Counted from the whole stretch's first letter, positions 29,222 to 38,963 are shown. The stretch is 60,053 bases of DNA, filler included, from 3 parts of 3 records of this genome joined end to end with filler, not necessarily neighbours in it; one strand, 5' to 3'. Numbers and translations are program-made. The notes: generated by a model from the sequence alone, not told the origin.

Positions 29222-29321
29222 NNNNNNNNNNNNNNNNNNNNNNNNNNNNNNNNNNNNNNNNNNNNTTAATTAATTAANNNNNNNNNNNNNNNNNNNNNNN
29301 NNNNNNNNNNNNNNNNNNNNN
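29222..29321. other. Artificial contig spacer
   Basis: N44-TTAATTAATTAA-N44 (stops in all six frames). Confidence 0.99.
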
Positions 29322-29322
29322 G

Positions 29323-29547
29323 CATCCCATTCAGGAAGCATGGCTTGAAGAATACGGCGCACAGTGCGGTTTCTGCTCTCCCGGAATGATCATGACCACC
29401 AAGTATCTGCTGAGCAAAAATTCTGATCCCACTGACGACGAAATCAAGGAAGCCCTCGGCGGCAACCTCTGTATCTGCAACAACTATGAGCACATCATCA
29501 ACGCCGTACGCAGTGCGGCCAAGAAGATGGCAAAGGAGCAGGTCTAA
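29323..29547 (+). CDS. [2Fe-2S] small subunit of a xanthine-dehydrogenase-family enzyme (5'-truncated; not in ORF track)
   Basis: HPIQEAW...AQCGFCSPGMIM...GNLCICNNY...; TAATG-coupled to the large subunit. Confidence 0.92.
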   Translation, partial: HPIQEAWLEEYGAQCGFCSPGMIMTTKYLLSKNSDPTDDEIKEALGGNLCICNNYEHIINAVRSAAKKMAKEQV

Positions 29548-31916
29548 TGGCTGAACTGACATCCATCGGCAAATCTGTCCGCCAAAAGGACGGTCGCGCC
29601 CGCGTCACAGGCGAAGCCAAGTATTATGCCGACTTCATCCTGCCGGGCATGTTGCAGACCCGCATTCTGCGCAGCCCTTATCCGGCAGCCGACATCATTT
29701 CCATCGACACCACCGAGGCCAAAGCTGTTCCGGGCGTCCGTCTCGTCATGACCCATGAGAACTATCCCAAGGCATTCCGTAACACCCTTTATTACGTCGG
29801 AGATCTCGTAGCCGCCGTGGTAGCTGACGATGAGACCATCGCCGAAGAAGCCATGGGACTCATCAAGGTCGAATACGAAAAGAAAAAGTTCGTCGTCAGC
29901 CTTGAAGAGGCAATGAAAAAAGACTCTCCGCAAGTTTTCGAAGGTGTTGACAACTGTCAGGACTGGGCCTTCCATGCTCTGCTCAGTGACCGCGACCCGG
30001 AAACAGGTCTATTCAAGACCAAGACCCCGGCCGAATACAATGGCTTCGGCGACATTGAAAAGGGATTCGAAGAAGCGGACTACATTATCGATCAAAAAGC
30101 GCTTAAATACGCTTACTGCAAGGGACCTGCAATGGAACCTCGCGGCTGCACCGCCGACTTTGATGGCACCAAACTTCACATGTACACCCACTCTCAGGGC
30201 ATGCACGACGAAAAGCTGTGTCTGGCTCAGGCACTCGGCATTCCGTCCAGCATGGTGAACTACGTGGCACCTTTTACCGGCTCCAGCTTCGGTGGCAAAA
30301 ATGCCTTCCCTCTGGACCGCAATATTGCTTCTCACTACCTTTTGGTAGCAAGCCTTGCTTGTCTCGATTTGAAAAAGCCAGTCCATTGCCCATATTCTCG
30401 TGAAGAGGAAATGGTCAGCGGTTGGTCTCGCGGCAGTCAGACCGATGTCAAAATCGGTTTCAAAAAAGACGGCACCCTGACCACCATGGATTTGGAACAC
30501 TGGCAGGAAACAGGTTCCGGCGGCGACAAGTACCCCGCCAAGAACGCCATGCTCGCCACTGGTTCTGTTCTGTACTCTCACAACTGCCAGAACCAACGCG
30601 GCAAAATTCACTACGTGAACACCAACCGTCAGCCTGCTGCGGGTTGGCAGGGTTATGGCGCTCCCGAAGGCACCTTTGCCGTTGAAACCACCATGGACAT
30701 CGCCTCTTACGAATTAGGCATCGATCCCGTGGAACTGCGCAAAATGAACTGCATGCGTGCAGGCGACATCGACTCCGGTTGGGACCCGCTGGTCTACAAA
30801 TCAGCTCTCATTTCCTCCTCCGGTATCCGCGACTGCCTCGACGCTGGCGCAGAAGCTCTGGACTGGAAAAACACATGGCAGCACCCGGATGAAAAAACAG
30901 GTCGTATCCGTCATGGCATGGGCGTGGCCATTTTCGCCATGGGCGCAGGTCGCCCCGGCCCGGGCAACTCGTCCGAAGCTATGGTCAAGATCTACCCTGA
31001 CGGCTCTGCCGCTCTGGTCTGCGCCGTGGCCGATATAGGTCAGGGACAGCACACTGTCCAATGCCAGATCGTAGCTGAAGTGCTCGGCCTGCCTTACAAA
31101 AAAATCGGTCTTGTCTGTCACGACACCGACTCCACCCCCTTCGCCACATTGGTCGCCAACAGCTGCGGCACATGGATTCAGGGTTGGGCCACATACGAAG
31201 CGGCCATTGATGCCAAGCATCAGGTTCTCAAACTCGCAGCAGGCGTCATGGGCGTCTCCGAGACAGAACTGGATATCAACGAAGACGGTATCTTCATGAC
31301 CAATGATCCGAGCAAGGGAGTAACCTTTGCCGAAGCATTCGGTACACGCGGCCATTACGGCGGTATCCATGAAATTACCGGTTATTACGTGAACAACTCT
31401 CCCCATCCCAACGGTCTCAAGGATGGCAAGAAAGATCAGGTCTACATCCCCAAGGAGAAGGGCGCACAGTTCATCTCTCTGGATATCGACACTGAAACCG
31501 GCATGATCGAGAACGCTCGCGTAACCATGGCGCAAAATGTAGGCAAAGCCCTCAACCCGAAAATCGTTGAAGGCCAGCTCTGCACCTCCCGCCACGGCGT
31601 TGATAACGCAATGCTCGGCAACGATTGCATTATCGACAAACGCAACGGCTGGCTGATGACTCCCAACTGGGTTGATTACCGTCACACCACCACCATGGAT
31701 TGCGACGTTGACCCCATTGTCATTGAAAAGCCCGGTGATCCGACCCATCCGTTCGGAGCCACGGCCTGTGGTGAAGGCGCAGCCTGCCCCACTCTGGCCG
31801 CATTCTCCAACGCCATTTACAACGCTATCGGCGTTCGCTTGACCGAAACGCCATACACCCCTGAAAGCATCCTCATTGGCCTGGGCAAAATCAAGGCCAG
31901 AGGGAGGAAGAAATAA
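29547..31916 (+). CDS. Molybdopterin-binding large subunit, xanthine/aldehyde oxidoreductase family
   Basis: 'IGKS....DG...VTG.A.Y', 'LRSP', 'MEPRG', 'SFGGK', 'IGQG', 'NAI.NA.G' motifs. Confidence 0.95.
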   Translation: MAELTSIGKSVRQKDGRARVTGEAKYYADFILPGMLQTRILRSPYPAADIISIDTTEAKAVPGVRLVMTHENYPKAFRNTLYYVGDLVAAVVADDETIAEEAMGLIKVEYEKKKFVVSLEEAMKKDSPQVFEGVDNCQDWAFHALLSDRDPETGLFKTKTPAEYNGFGDIEKGFEEADYIIDQKALKYAYCKGPAMEPRGCTADFDGTKLHMYTHSQGMHDEKLCLAQALGIPSSMVNYVAPFTGSSFGGKNAFPLDRNIASHYLLVASLACLDLKKPVHCPYSREEEMVSGWSRGSQTDVKIGFKKDGTLTTMDLEHWQETGSGGDKYPAKNAMLATGSVLYSHNCQNQRGKIHYVNTNRQPAAGWQGYGAPEGTFAVETTMDIASYELGIDPVELRKMNCMRAGDIDSGWDPLVYKSALISSSGIRDCLDAGAEALDWKNTWQHPDEKTGRIRHGMGVAIFAMGAGRPGPGNSSEAMVKIYPDGSAALVCAVADIGQGQHTVQCQIVAEVLGLPYKKIGLVCHDTDSTPFATLVANSCGTWIQGWATYEAAIDAKHQVLKLAAGVMGVSETELDINEDGIFMTNDPSKGVTFAEAFGTRGHYGGIHEITGYYVNNSPHPNGLKDGKKDQVYIPKEKGAQFISLDIDTETGMIENARVTMAQNVGKALNPKIVEGQLCTSRHGVDNAMLGNDCIIDKRNGWLMTPNWVDYRHTTTMDCDVDPIVIEKPGDPTHPFGATACGEGAACPTLAAFSNAIYNAIGVRLTETPYTPESILIGLGKIKARGRKK

Positions 31917-32899
31917 TGAAACGGTTTAATCATTTTGACGCCACCTCTATTGAAGAGGCGGTCGCTCTCCTGAACGGCAGCGAAGGCCCAGCCTATGTCA
32001 TGGGCGGAGGCAGCGACCTCATGGGTTGTCTCAAGGACAATCTCTGGATGGAGGCCCCCGAGCGGATCGTCAACCTCAAGACCATCCCCGGTCTCAAGGA
32101 AATCCGTGTAGAAAATGACGGTCTGCACATCGGTGCACTTGCTACCCTGACTGAAGTCGCTGAATCCGACTCGGTAAAAGAGCAATGGCCCGGACTGGCC
32201 GAAGCAGCCCGCCGCACAGCATCTCCGCTGTTGCGCAACATGGGCACCATCGCCGGTAACATCTGCCAGGAAAACCGTTGTTGGTACTATCGTTACCCCG
32301 ACAAGATCGGCGGTCGCATTGACTGCGTACGCAAAGGTGGCAAACGTTGTCTGGCCGTTCCCGGCGACCACCGTTTCCACTCCATCTTCGGTGCAGTCAA
32401 CAAATGCATCGCTGTAAACCCAAGCGACACGGCCCCTGCCTTCATCGCTCTGAACGCTATAGTCAAGACAACCAAACGCGAAATCGCCATTGACGACTTC
32501 TTCTCCGCCGAAATGGGCGCACAGTCCACAATTCTGGATCGGGATGAAATAGTCACTGAAATCGTGGTTCCGTTGCCGGAAGCCGGTCCGACCAGTGCTT
32601 TCCGCAAAATTGCCTACCGTAAATCCATCGACTTCGCTCTGGTCAACTGCGCTGCATCTGTCAGCGTGGTCGACGGCAAAATCACCAGTGCACGCATCTG
32701 CCTCAACGGAGTGCATAATAACCCGCGTCGCTGCGAAGCTTCAGAAGAATTGCTCATCGGCAAGGAACTGACTGAAGAACTGGCTCAGGAAGCTGGTAAG
32801 GCCGCTGTTGCCGAAGCCAAACCCCTGCTCCAGAACGGATTTAAGGTACAAATGGCGCAGACCATCGTGGGTGACACCCTGATGGACTGCCTCAAGTAA
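31916..32899 (+). CDS. FAD-binding medium subunit with a [4Fe-4S]-type Cys insert (PaoB/HcrB-like)
   Basis: 'GGSDL', 'RNMGTIAGNICQENRCWYYR...C..KGG..C', 'PSD.APA' motifs. Confidence 0.93.
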   Translation: MKRFNHFDATSIEEAVALLNGSEGPAYVMGGGSDLMGCLKDNLWMEAPERIVNLKTIPGLKEIRVENDGLHIGALATLTEVAESDSVKEQWPGLAEAARRTASPLLRNMGTIAGNICQENRCWYYRYPDKIGGRIDCVRKGGKRCLAVPGDHRFHSIFGAVNKCIAVNPSDTAPAFIALNAIVKTTKREIAIDDFFSAEMGAQSTILDRDEIVTEIVVPLPEAGPTSAFRKIAYRKSIDFALVNCAASVSVVDGKITSARICLNGVHNNPRRCEASEELLIGKELTEELAQEAGKAAVAEAKPLLQNGFKVQMAQTIVGDTLMDCLK

Positions 32900-32913
32900 C
32901 CATTAATACAAGG

Positions 32914-33537
32914 ATGTTTGGCATGCCCCACCAACTCGCCAACGTCTCCGGCGTCATTCTGGCCGCCGGCCAAGCCTCCCGAATGGGTAGGGACAAGTTG
33001 TCCCTGCCCTTCCGGGGACTTCCCATATTACAACATGTGGTGAACGCCGCACGCAACTCCACCCTGCGCGACGTGACCGTGGTTCTGCCCAAGGGATCTG
33101 AGCTACGACGCACAGTGGACCTCTCTGGTTGCAACGTCGTCACCAGTGTTCATCGTGACATGGGCCAGGCCGAGTCTCTCAAGACCGGTCTGCGCTCAGT
33201 CATAGACACTGCCGACGGATGTATGGCCCTGCTGGGAGACCAACCACTGATCACAGCCTCGGCCATCGACATGCTCGTGGGTGCATTCACCCAACAACCC
33301 GAGTGTTGGGTCGCTCCGGTGCAGGAAGGCATGCGCGGTAACCCCATTACCATACCCTCTACATGGTTCCCCAAAGTCTTCGAACTGGAAGGCGACACCG
33401 GTGCACGTCCACTACTCGGCTCTCCGGGACTGGCTCTTCGTCTGGTTCGCATTCACGAAGTCGGACCTTTCATTGATGTGGATACCGAAGAACAATATCA
33501 ACGACTTCTCACCAACTACGGCCAAAAGACCGCTTAG
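32914..33537 (+). CDS. Molybdenum cofactor cytidylyltransferase (MocA-like)
   Basis: 'ILAAG..SRMG..K', 'LGDQP', 'GD.GAR', 'DVDT' motifs. Confidence 0.88.
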   Translation: MFGMPHQLANVSGVILAAGQASRMGRDKLSLPFRGLPILQHVVNAARNSTLRDVTVVLPKGSELRRTVDLSGCNVVTSVHRDMGQAESLKTGLRSVIDTADGCMALLGDQPLITASAIDMLVGAFTQQPECWVAPVQEGMRGNPITIPSTWFPKVFELEGDTGARPLLGSPGLALRLVRIHEVGPFIDVDTEEQYQRLLTNYGQKTA

Positions 33538-33546
33538 GAGCACATT

Positions 33547-34353
33547 ATGAGTGCCATTCAAACCCCAACAATCACCATTCGCGGCGCAGGCGACCTCGCT
33601 ACAGGCGTTGCCCTTCGACTCTATCAGGCCGGGCTGACCCGACTCCTGCTCTTGGAAACGGCCAACCCCCTTGCCGTCCGTCGAACCGTGGCTTTTTCCG
33701 AAGCCATATACCACGGTGAAATGACCGTTGAAGGGATCAAAGCCACACGTATTTCTTCGCCTGATTTCATTGAAAAAGCATGGGACAACGGCACGATTCC
33801 TGTTCTCGTTGACCCGGAAGCCTCCTCTTTGAATCAGGTAAAACCTGACGTACTGGTGGATGCCATCCTTGCCAAACGCAACATCGGGACAACCATGGAT
33901 CAAGCTCCGCTGGTCATCGGCCTCGGACCGGGATTCACAGCAGGACAAGATGTCCACAGAGTCGTTGAGACCAAACGCGGTCATCACCTCGGACGCGTCA
34001 TCACCGAAGGGCCTGCGGCTGCGAACACGGGTGTCCCCGGCGTAATTGACGGATTTTCCATAGAACGCGTTTATTGGGCCGAGCATGAAGGCACTTTCAC
34101 AACCCCTTACGACATCGGCCAACTGATAAAAAAAGGCGATATCATCGGTTCTGTCGACGACACCCCGGTTGTTGCAGCCCTGTCCGGCGTTATTCGAGGT
34201 CTGCTCAGAAACAACACTCCGGTCGTCAAACGCACAAAACTCGGAGATGTGGACCCCAGAGGAACCATTTCATACTGCGGAGAAACTTCGGACAAGGCTT
34301 TGTCCATCGGCGGCGGCGTTCTCGAAACCATTTGCGCACAACTTTTCATCTGA
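33547..34353 (+). CDS. yqeB: Selenium-dependent molybdenum cofactor biosynthesis protein YqeB
   Basis: 'RGAGDLATG', 'AVRRTVAF', 'DAILAKRN.GT', 'IGLGPGF.AG', 'ET.RGH.LGR', 'SDKA..IGGGVLE' motifs. Confidence 0.93.
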   Translation: MSAIQTPTITIRGAGDLATGVALRLYQAGLTRLLLLETANPLAVRRTVAFSEAIYHGEMTVEGIKATRISSPDFIEKAWDNGTIPVLVDPEASSLNQVKPDVLVDAILAKRNIGTTMDQAPLVIGLGPGFTAGQDVHRVVETKRGHHLGRVITEGPAAANTGVPGVIDGFSIERVYWAEHEGTFTTPYDIGQLIKKGDIIGSVDDTPVVAALSGVIRGLLRNNTPVVKRTKLGDVDPRGTISYCGETSDKALSIGGGVLETICAQLFI

Positions 34354-34360
34354 GGCACGC

Positions 34361-35191
34361 ATGAACGGGACCGTAACCCTTAGCGCTTGTGCCGCACTCA
34401 CCTCGCCGGAACACCGGCTTATCACCGTCATCGGAGCGGGAGGGAAGACCTCTCTCCTTCATTGGATAGCCAAAAGCAGAATTTCTGCAGGGCAACGGGT
34501 GGTCATTACAACGACCACCAAGATCTTCCCGCTCCATGACGTAGATACCATTCTAATGACAGATGGCCCGGATTTTTTGAATAGGCTACGCCAGGCATTG
34601 ACGAAAAGTTCCTGTGTTATCGCTGCTCAAAGATTTGATACAAAAACCGGAAAACTCATTGGATTAGACGCTGAAAGTGTTGACGCTCTTCACTACTCTG
34701 AGATTGGAGACGCCATTTTGGTTGAAGCCGATGGTGCAGCTCGAAAACCACTCAAGGCACCAGCAAATCACGAACCGGTCATCCCGGTTACATCTGATAT
34801 CTGTGTCGGTGTCATGGGACTCGATGCTGTAAATCAGCCCTTTTCCGAAGACATTGTTCACCGATCCAATATTTTCGCTGAAATCACCGACATTTCTTTT
34901 GGAGAAGCAATAACCCCAGACCACTTGATAAAGATTGCCACCTCCAATGATGGGCTGTTCAAAGGCTGTCCCCAAAACTGTGAACAAATCGTACTGCTCA
35001 ACAAAATGGATATTCCCGGCGGAAAGGCACAGGTTGCAGAATTTACTGCCAAATTGAACGGAAGTGCCACAACGTCGACTCTTTCATGGTTTGCAGGCAG
35101 TTGTCGCCAACATTGCTTGCACCGCATCAATTATCAAAGCGTGATGTCCTGCGCTAAAAATAACCGTCTTGAACATTCATCTCAGTTCTGA
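34361..35191 (+). CDS. yqeC: Selenium cofactor biosynthesis protein YqeC
   Basis: 'GAGGKTS', 'TTTTKI', 'VEADGA..KPLKAP..HEPVIP' motifs; start reassigned to ATG 34361. Confidence 0.92.
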   Translation: MNGTVTLSACAALTSPEHRLITVIGAGGKTSLLHWIAKSRISAGQRVVITTTTKIFPLHDVDTILMTDGPDFLNRLRQALTKSSCVIAAQRFDTKTGKLIGLDAESVDALHYSEIGDAILVEADGAARKPLKAPANHEPVIPVTSDICVGVMGLDAVNQPFSEDIVHRSNIFAEITDISFGEAITPDHLIKIATSNDGLFKGCPQNCEQIVLLNKMDIPGGKAQVAEFTAKLNGSATTSTLSWFAGSCRQHCLHRINYQSVMSCAKNNRLEHSSQF

Positions 35192-35207
35192 AAGGTTGGA
35201 GGGAACC

Positions 35208-36788
35208 ATGTCCAAACAAAAGAGTCCGCATACCCCGCTTCCAATGTGTCCGCCTGACAAAGGCGGCGTCTGTACCATATGTTTCTTCGGCGCACTCTCC
35301 ATTATTCTGGCCGCGTGCATCCCTCTCCTGATGTACCCTGAAGCCGGAGAAAGAATCATCAACTCGATGTTCCAATTCGTCACCGTAAAAATGGGGTGGC
35401 TCTACATGCTGTTCGGAGCCGGTACTTTTACCCTGCTCATGTGGTTCGCCTTTGGCCCCTTCAGTCACAAACGCCTTGGTGATAAGGTTGAGTACTCTAC
35501 CTTTTCCTGGATAGGCATGCTCTTCTGTGCGGGCGTAGGCGCTGGCATCATGTTCGGCGGGTCCATTGATTGGGCCTATTATGCAGCCTACCCAATGCAC
35601 GGCGAACCTGCCGGTTCACTCGAAGCCTACGAATGGGGCAGTGCGTACGGCATGTTCCACTGGGGACCAATCTGCTGGTCCATCTACGCGGTGTTGGCCG
35701 TGCCCATTGGCTATAGTTACTACGTCAAACGAGTTCCCATCCTGAACATTTCCCAAGCCTGTACAGGACTGCTCGGCGACAAGGTCAACGGCTGGCAAGG
35801 CAAAGTTATCGACATCCTTTTCATGACCGGACTTGTGGCCGGCTCAGCCACAGCACTTGGACTGGGTATTCCCATCGTGGCCGCAGCCATTGCCTCCGTT
35901 GCCGGCATTGAACATTCATTCTGGTTGGAATTCGGCACATTGCTTCTTGTCACCTCCATCTTCTGTGTATCAGCCAGCCTCGGCCTGAAAAAAGGACTGA
36001 GTAAACTTTCAGACTTCAACGTCATGATAGCCATGGCGCTCCTTCTGTTCGTTTTCATCGTCGGGCCCACGGTCTTTTTGACCGACATGGCCATCACGTC
36101 GTTAGGCCTCATGTATTCAAAACTCATTACCATGGCCACGTCGATGGACCCCATGGATTCCGTAGGATTCACCAAGGACTGGACTGTTTTCTATTACGCA
36201 TGGTTCGTGGCATACGCCCCATTCATGTCCCTGTTCATCGCCAAAATATCTCGTGGTCGCACAGTCCGCGAGGTCGTGCTTGGCCCGGTCCTCATCGCTT
36301 CACTGGGATGTGGCTGTTTCTATCTCGTCTTCGGCAACTTCGGCCTGTACCTCCAACTCACCGGCCAACTGGACGTGGTGAGCATGGTCAAAACCGTCAA
36401 AGGCGCTACAGCCATTATGGCCATTGCGGACTTCATCCCCATGGCCTCGCTCTATAAAGTTGTCTTTGCCGGTGTCACCGCCATCTCCATGGCAACGACC
36501 TTTGACGCAGTTTCATTCGCTCTGGCCGCCACCACCACACTCAAGCTCACTCCTGATGAAGAGCCTGCACGCTGGAACCGCCTGTTTTGGGCTTTGTCTC
36601 TTGGCTTGGTCCCCACAGGGATCATGCTCATCGACGGACCGCTATCCGTTCTGCAAACCGCTTCAATTGTAGTGGGGCTGCCCGTACTTGGCGTCGTCAC
36701 CATCGGAGTTGCCGCATTCCTCAAGGAGTACCGGCAAACCGGCTGGGTGGAATACGACGACGCAGCATGCGCTCCGCGCGACATATAA
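35208..36788 (+). CDS. BCCT-family transporter
   Basis: 'EYSTFSW..MLFCAG.G', 'FHWG...W..Y', 'WTVFY.AW', 'F.A.IS.GRT.RE' motifs; GGAGG RBS before ATG 35208. Confidence 0.93.
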   Translation: MSKQKSPHTPLPMCPPDKGGVCTICFFGALSIILAACIPLLMYPEAGERIINSMFQFVTVKMGWLYMLFGAGTFTLLMWFAFGPFSHKRLGDKVEYSTFSWIGMLFCAGVGAGIMFGGSIDWAYYAAYPMHGEPAGSLEAYEWGSAYGMFHWGPICWSIYAVLAVPIGYSYYVKRVPILNISQACTGLLGDKVNGWQGKVIDILFMTGLVAGSATALGLGIPIVAAAIASVAGIEHSFWLEFGTLLLVTSIFCVSASLGLKKGLSKLSDFNVMIAMALLLFVFIVGPTVFLTDMAITSLGLMYSKLITMATSMDPMDSVGFTKDWTVFYYAWFVAYAPFMSLFIAKISRGRTVREVVLGPVLIASLGCGCFYLVFGNFGLYLQLTGQLDVVSMVKTVKGATAIMAIADFIPMASLYKVVFAGVTAISMATTFDAVSFALAATTTLKLTPDEEPARWNRLFWALSLGLVPTGIMLIDGPLSVLQTASIVVGLPVLGVVTIGVAAFLKEYRQTGWVEYDDAACAPRDI

Positions 36789-36817
36789 TCAATTATTCGC
36801 ATCATATCGAGGTTATC

Positions 36818-37843
36818 ATGAAAACCATGCACGTTGAAAAAGCCGTGGGTACCGTCTTGTGTCAAGATATCACCCGCATCATACCCGGCGGAGAAAAAGG
36901 CCCTGCATTCCGCCGCGGCCATGTGGTTACCGAAGCTGACATCCCAACACTGTTGGATATCGGCAAAGAGCACCTCTATGTATTTGATCCTCAGGACGGG
37001 TATGTCCATGAGGATTATGCCGCACGACGCATAGCCGAAGCCGCCGCCGGTCCGGGCATTGAGCTGAGCACTCCGGTGGAAGGCAAAATCACTTTGCGCG
37101 CCACCCATGACGGCCTGCTCGACATCAACACTGACACCCTGTTCAAACTGAACTCGGTCAAAGATGTCATCTTCGGCACCATCCATACCAATCAACTGGT
37201 CCGCAAAGGACGCGCCATGGCCGGTACCCGTGTCATTCCATTGGTCGTCCCCGAAGATATCGTTGCCGAGGCTGAAGCAGTACTTCGCGAAAACGCACCA
37301 CTTATTCAGGTCCGCCCGCTCAAGCCGTGTCGTATCGGCATCGTCACCACGGGCAGTGAGGTTTACAATGGCCGCATTGAGGACAAGTTTGGTCCGGTTA
37401 TCCGCAAAAAATTCAAAGGATATGGTTCAACCACGATCGGACAGAAGCTCGTTTCCGATGACCCGGAGATGACCAAGGGAGCCATTCTGGATTTCATAGA
37501 AAACGGGGCCGACTTTGTGGTTGTCACAGGAGGCATGTCCGTGGACCCGGACGACCAAACGCCCACTTCCATCCGCATGACCGGGGCCGAAGTCGTGACT
37601 TACGGCGCGCCCACCTTTCCCGGAGCCATGTTCATGCTCGCCCGCCTCGGAGACGTCCCTGTCGTCGGTCTTCCCGGTTGCGTCATGTACTATCGCGCCA
37701 GCATTTTCGACCTGATCATACCGCGCATTCTGGCAGGAAAGGACGTGACACGCGAAGACATCATTAACCTCGGCCACGGTGGATTCTGTGAAGGGTGTGA
37801 GACCTGCCGCTACCCCGTGTGCAGCTTCGGTAAAGGGGCATAA
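36818..37843 (+). CDS. MoeA-like molybdopterin-binding protein
   Basis: 'TTGSEVY.GRIED.FGP', 'TGGMSVDPDD.TP', 'GLPGCVMY', C-terminal CxxCxxCxxPxC. Confidence 0.88.
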   Translation: MKTMHVEKAVGTVLCQDITRIIPGGEKGPAFRRGHVVTEADIPTLLDIGKEHLYVFDPQDGYVHEDYAARRIAEAAAGPGIELSTPVEGKITLRATHDGLLDINTDTLFKLNSVKDVIFGTIHTNQLVRKGRAMAGTRVIPLVVPEDIVAEAEAVLRENAPLIQVRPLKPCRIGIVTTGSEVYNGRIEDKFGPVIRKKFKGYGSTTIGQKLVSDDPEMTKGAILDFIENGADFVVVTGGMSVDPDDQTPTSIRMTGAEVVTYGAPTFPGAMFMLARLGDVPVVGLPGCVMYYRASIFDLIIPRILAGKDVTREDIINLGHGGFCEGCETCRYPVCSFGKGA

Positions 37844-37845
37844 AA

Positions 37846-38823
37846 ATGCAGAACGTCTTTGCATCCATCATGGAGGCCTTGGGAAAAGGCCAATCCGTTG
37901 TCAGGGTTTCTGTCATGAAAAGCAACGAGTCTACTCCGCGCTCTGCCGGGGCGGTTATGGCTGTCTTCGAAGATGGTTCCACCGCCGGCACCATTGGCGG
38001 TGGGTCTGTTGAAAATGCAAGCCACATGGCCGCAAAAAAAATGCAGCCCGGAACTTCAACTGTTCGTGAATTCGATCTCACCAACGCAGATGCCGCCAAC
38101 CTTGGCATGGTCTGCGGCGGCAACATGACCGTCCTGTTGGACTCACTGTTGCCTAATGACGCGAATATTACGCTTATCAAAAAAATGCTCGCCCATTGGC
38201 AAGCAGGCGAACATCGTCTGCTCGTGACCTCGTTGTCCACATCAGGCACAGTGACCAATCGTGAAATCTTCCCCTTGGGCGGGACTTTTCCCGATACAGT
38301 TCGCACACCGATGACCACGGAAACACCTGACTCAATCCAGTTCGTAGAGCCAATTCACATCCCGGAAACAGTCCATTTCATCGGCGCAGGCCACGTGGCC
38401 AATGCCACAGCAAAACTGGCTGCTTTTGTCGGTTTTCGCGTTGTAGTGGTGGATGACCGTGAAGAATTCGCCAATGCCATTCGATATCCCGAGGCCAGTG
38501 AAATTCGAGTCGAAAAGTCCCTGACAAAGTGCCTGCCGGAATCATTGGACAAAAGTGATTTTATCGTCATTATGACACGCGGTCATATGCATGATCGCGA
38601 TGTTCTGGCCCAAGCCTTGAGAACAAAAGCGGGCTATATCGGCATGATTGGCAGCAAAAAGAAAAAAGCGGCAGTGTATAAATCACTTCTCGAAAGCGGA
38701 TACACGCAAACCGCTCTCGACGCGGTTCACTGCCCTATCGGTTTGACCATCGACGCAGACACACCGGAAGAAATAGCCATCAGCATCATGGGCGAACTCA
38801 TTCAAAGCAGAAAACAAAGCTAA
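37846..38823 (+). CDS. XdhC/CoxI-family maturation factor
   Basis: 'STPR..GA.M', 'GTIGGG..E', 'GMVCGG', 'GAGHV', 'YIGMIGS', 'PIGL.I.A.TPEEIA.SI' motifs. Confidence 0.92.
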   Translation: MQNVFASIMEALGKGQSVVRVSVMKSNESTPRSAGAVMAVFEDGSTAGTIGGGSVENASHMAAKKMQPGTSTVREFDLTNADAANLGMVCGGNMTVLLDSLLPNDANITLIKKMLAHWQAGEHRLLVTSLSTSGTVTNREIFPLGGTFPDTVRTPMTTETPDSIQFVEPIHIPETVHFIGAGHVANATAKLAAFVGFRVVVVDDREEFANAIRYPEASEIRVEKSLTKCLPESLDKSDFIVIMTRGHMHDRDVLAQALRTKAGYIGMIGSKKKKAAVYKSLLESGYTQTALDAVHCPIGLTIDADTPEEIAISIMGELIQSRKQS

Positions 38824-38963
38824 TCACACATCACGCTTCCCAACTTCTTTTCCACGAATATTCCTGTCAAAAACCTCTATGGAATTTGGCGGGGAAATCC
38901 AGTACGCTCACATCTCTTTTTAGTGAACGTATGACGATGGATATTCGTGGAAAAGGAGTAAAC

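Noticed and set aside
29266-29277. TTAATTAATTAA palindrome (also 51164-51175) and ORFs running into the Ns
   Set aside because: Artificial six-frame-stop linker.
29323-38823. Selenocysteine (UGA) recoding in the Se-linked operon
   Set aside because: All ORFs look full length with no internal UGA; yqeB ends at its normal C-terminus and yqeC has its own ATG. Any Se would be a cofactor ligand.
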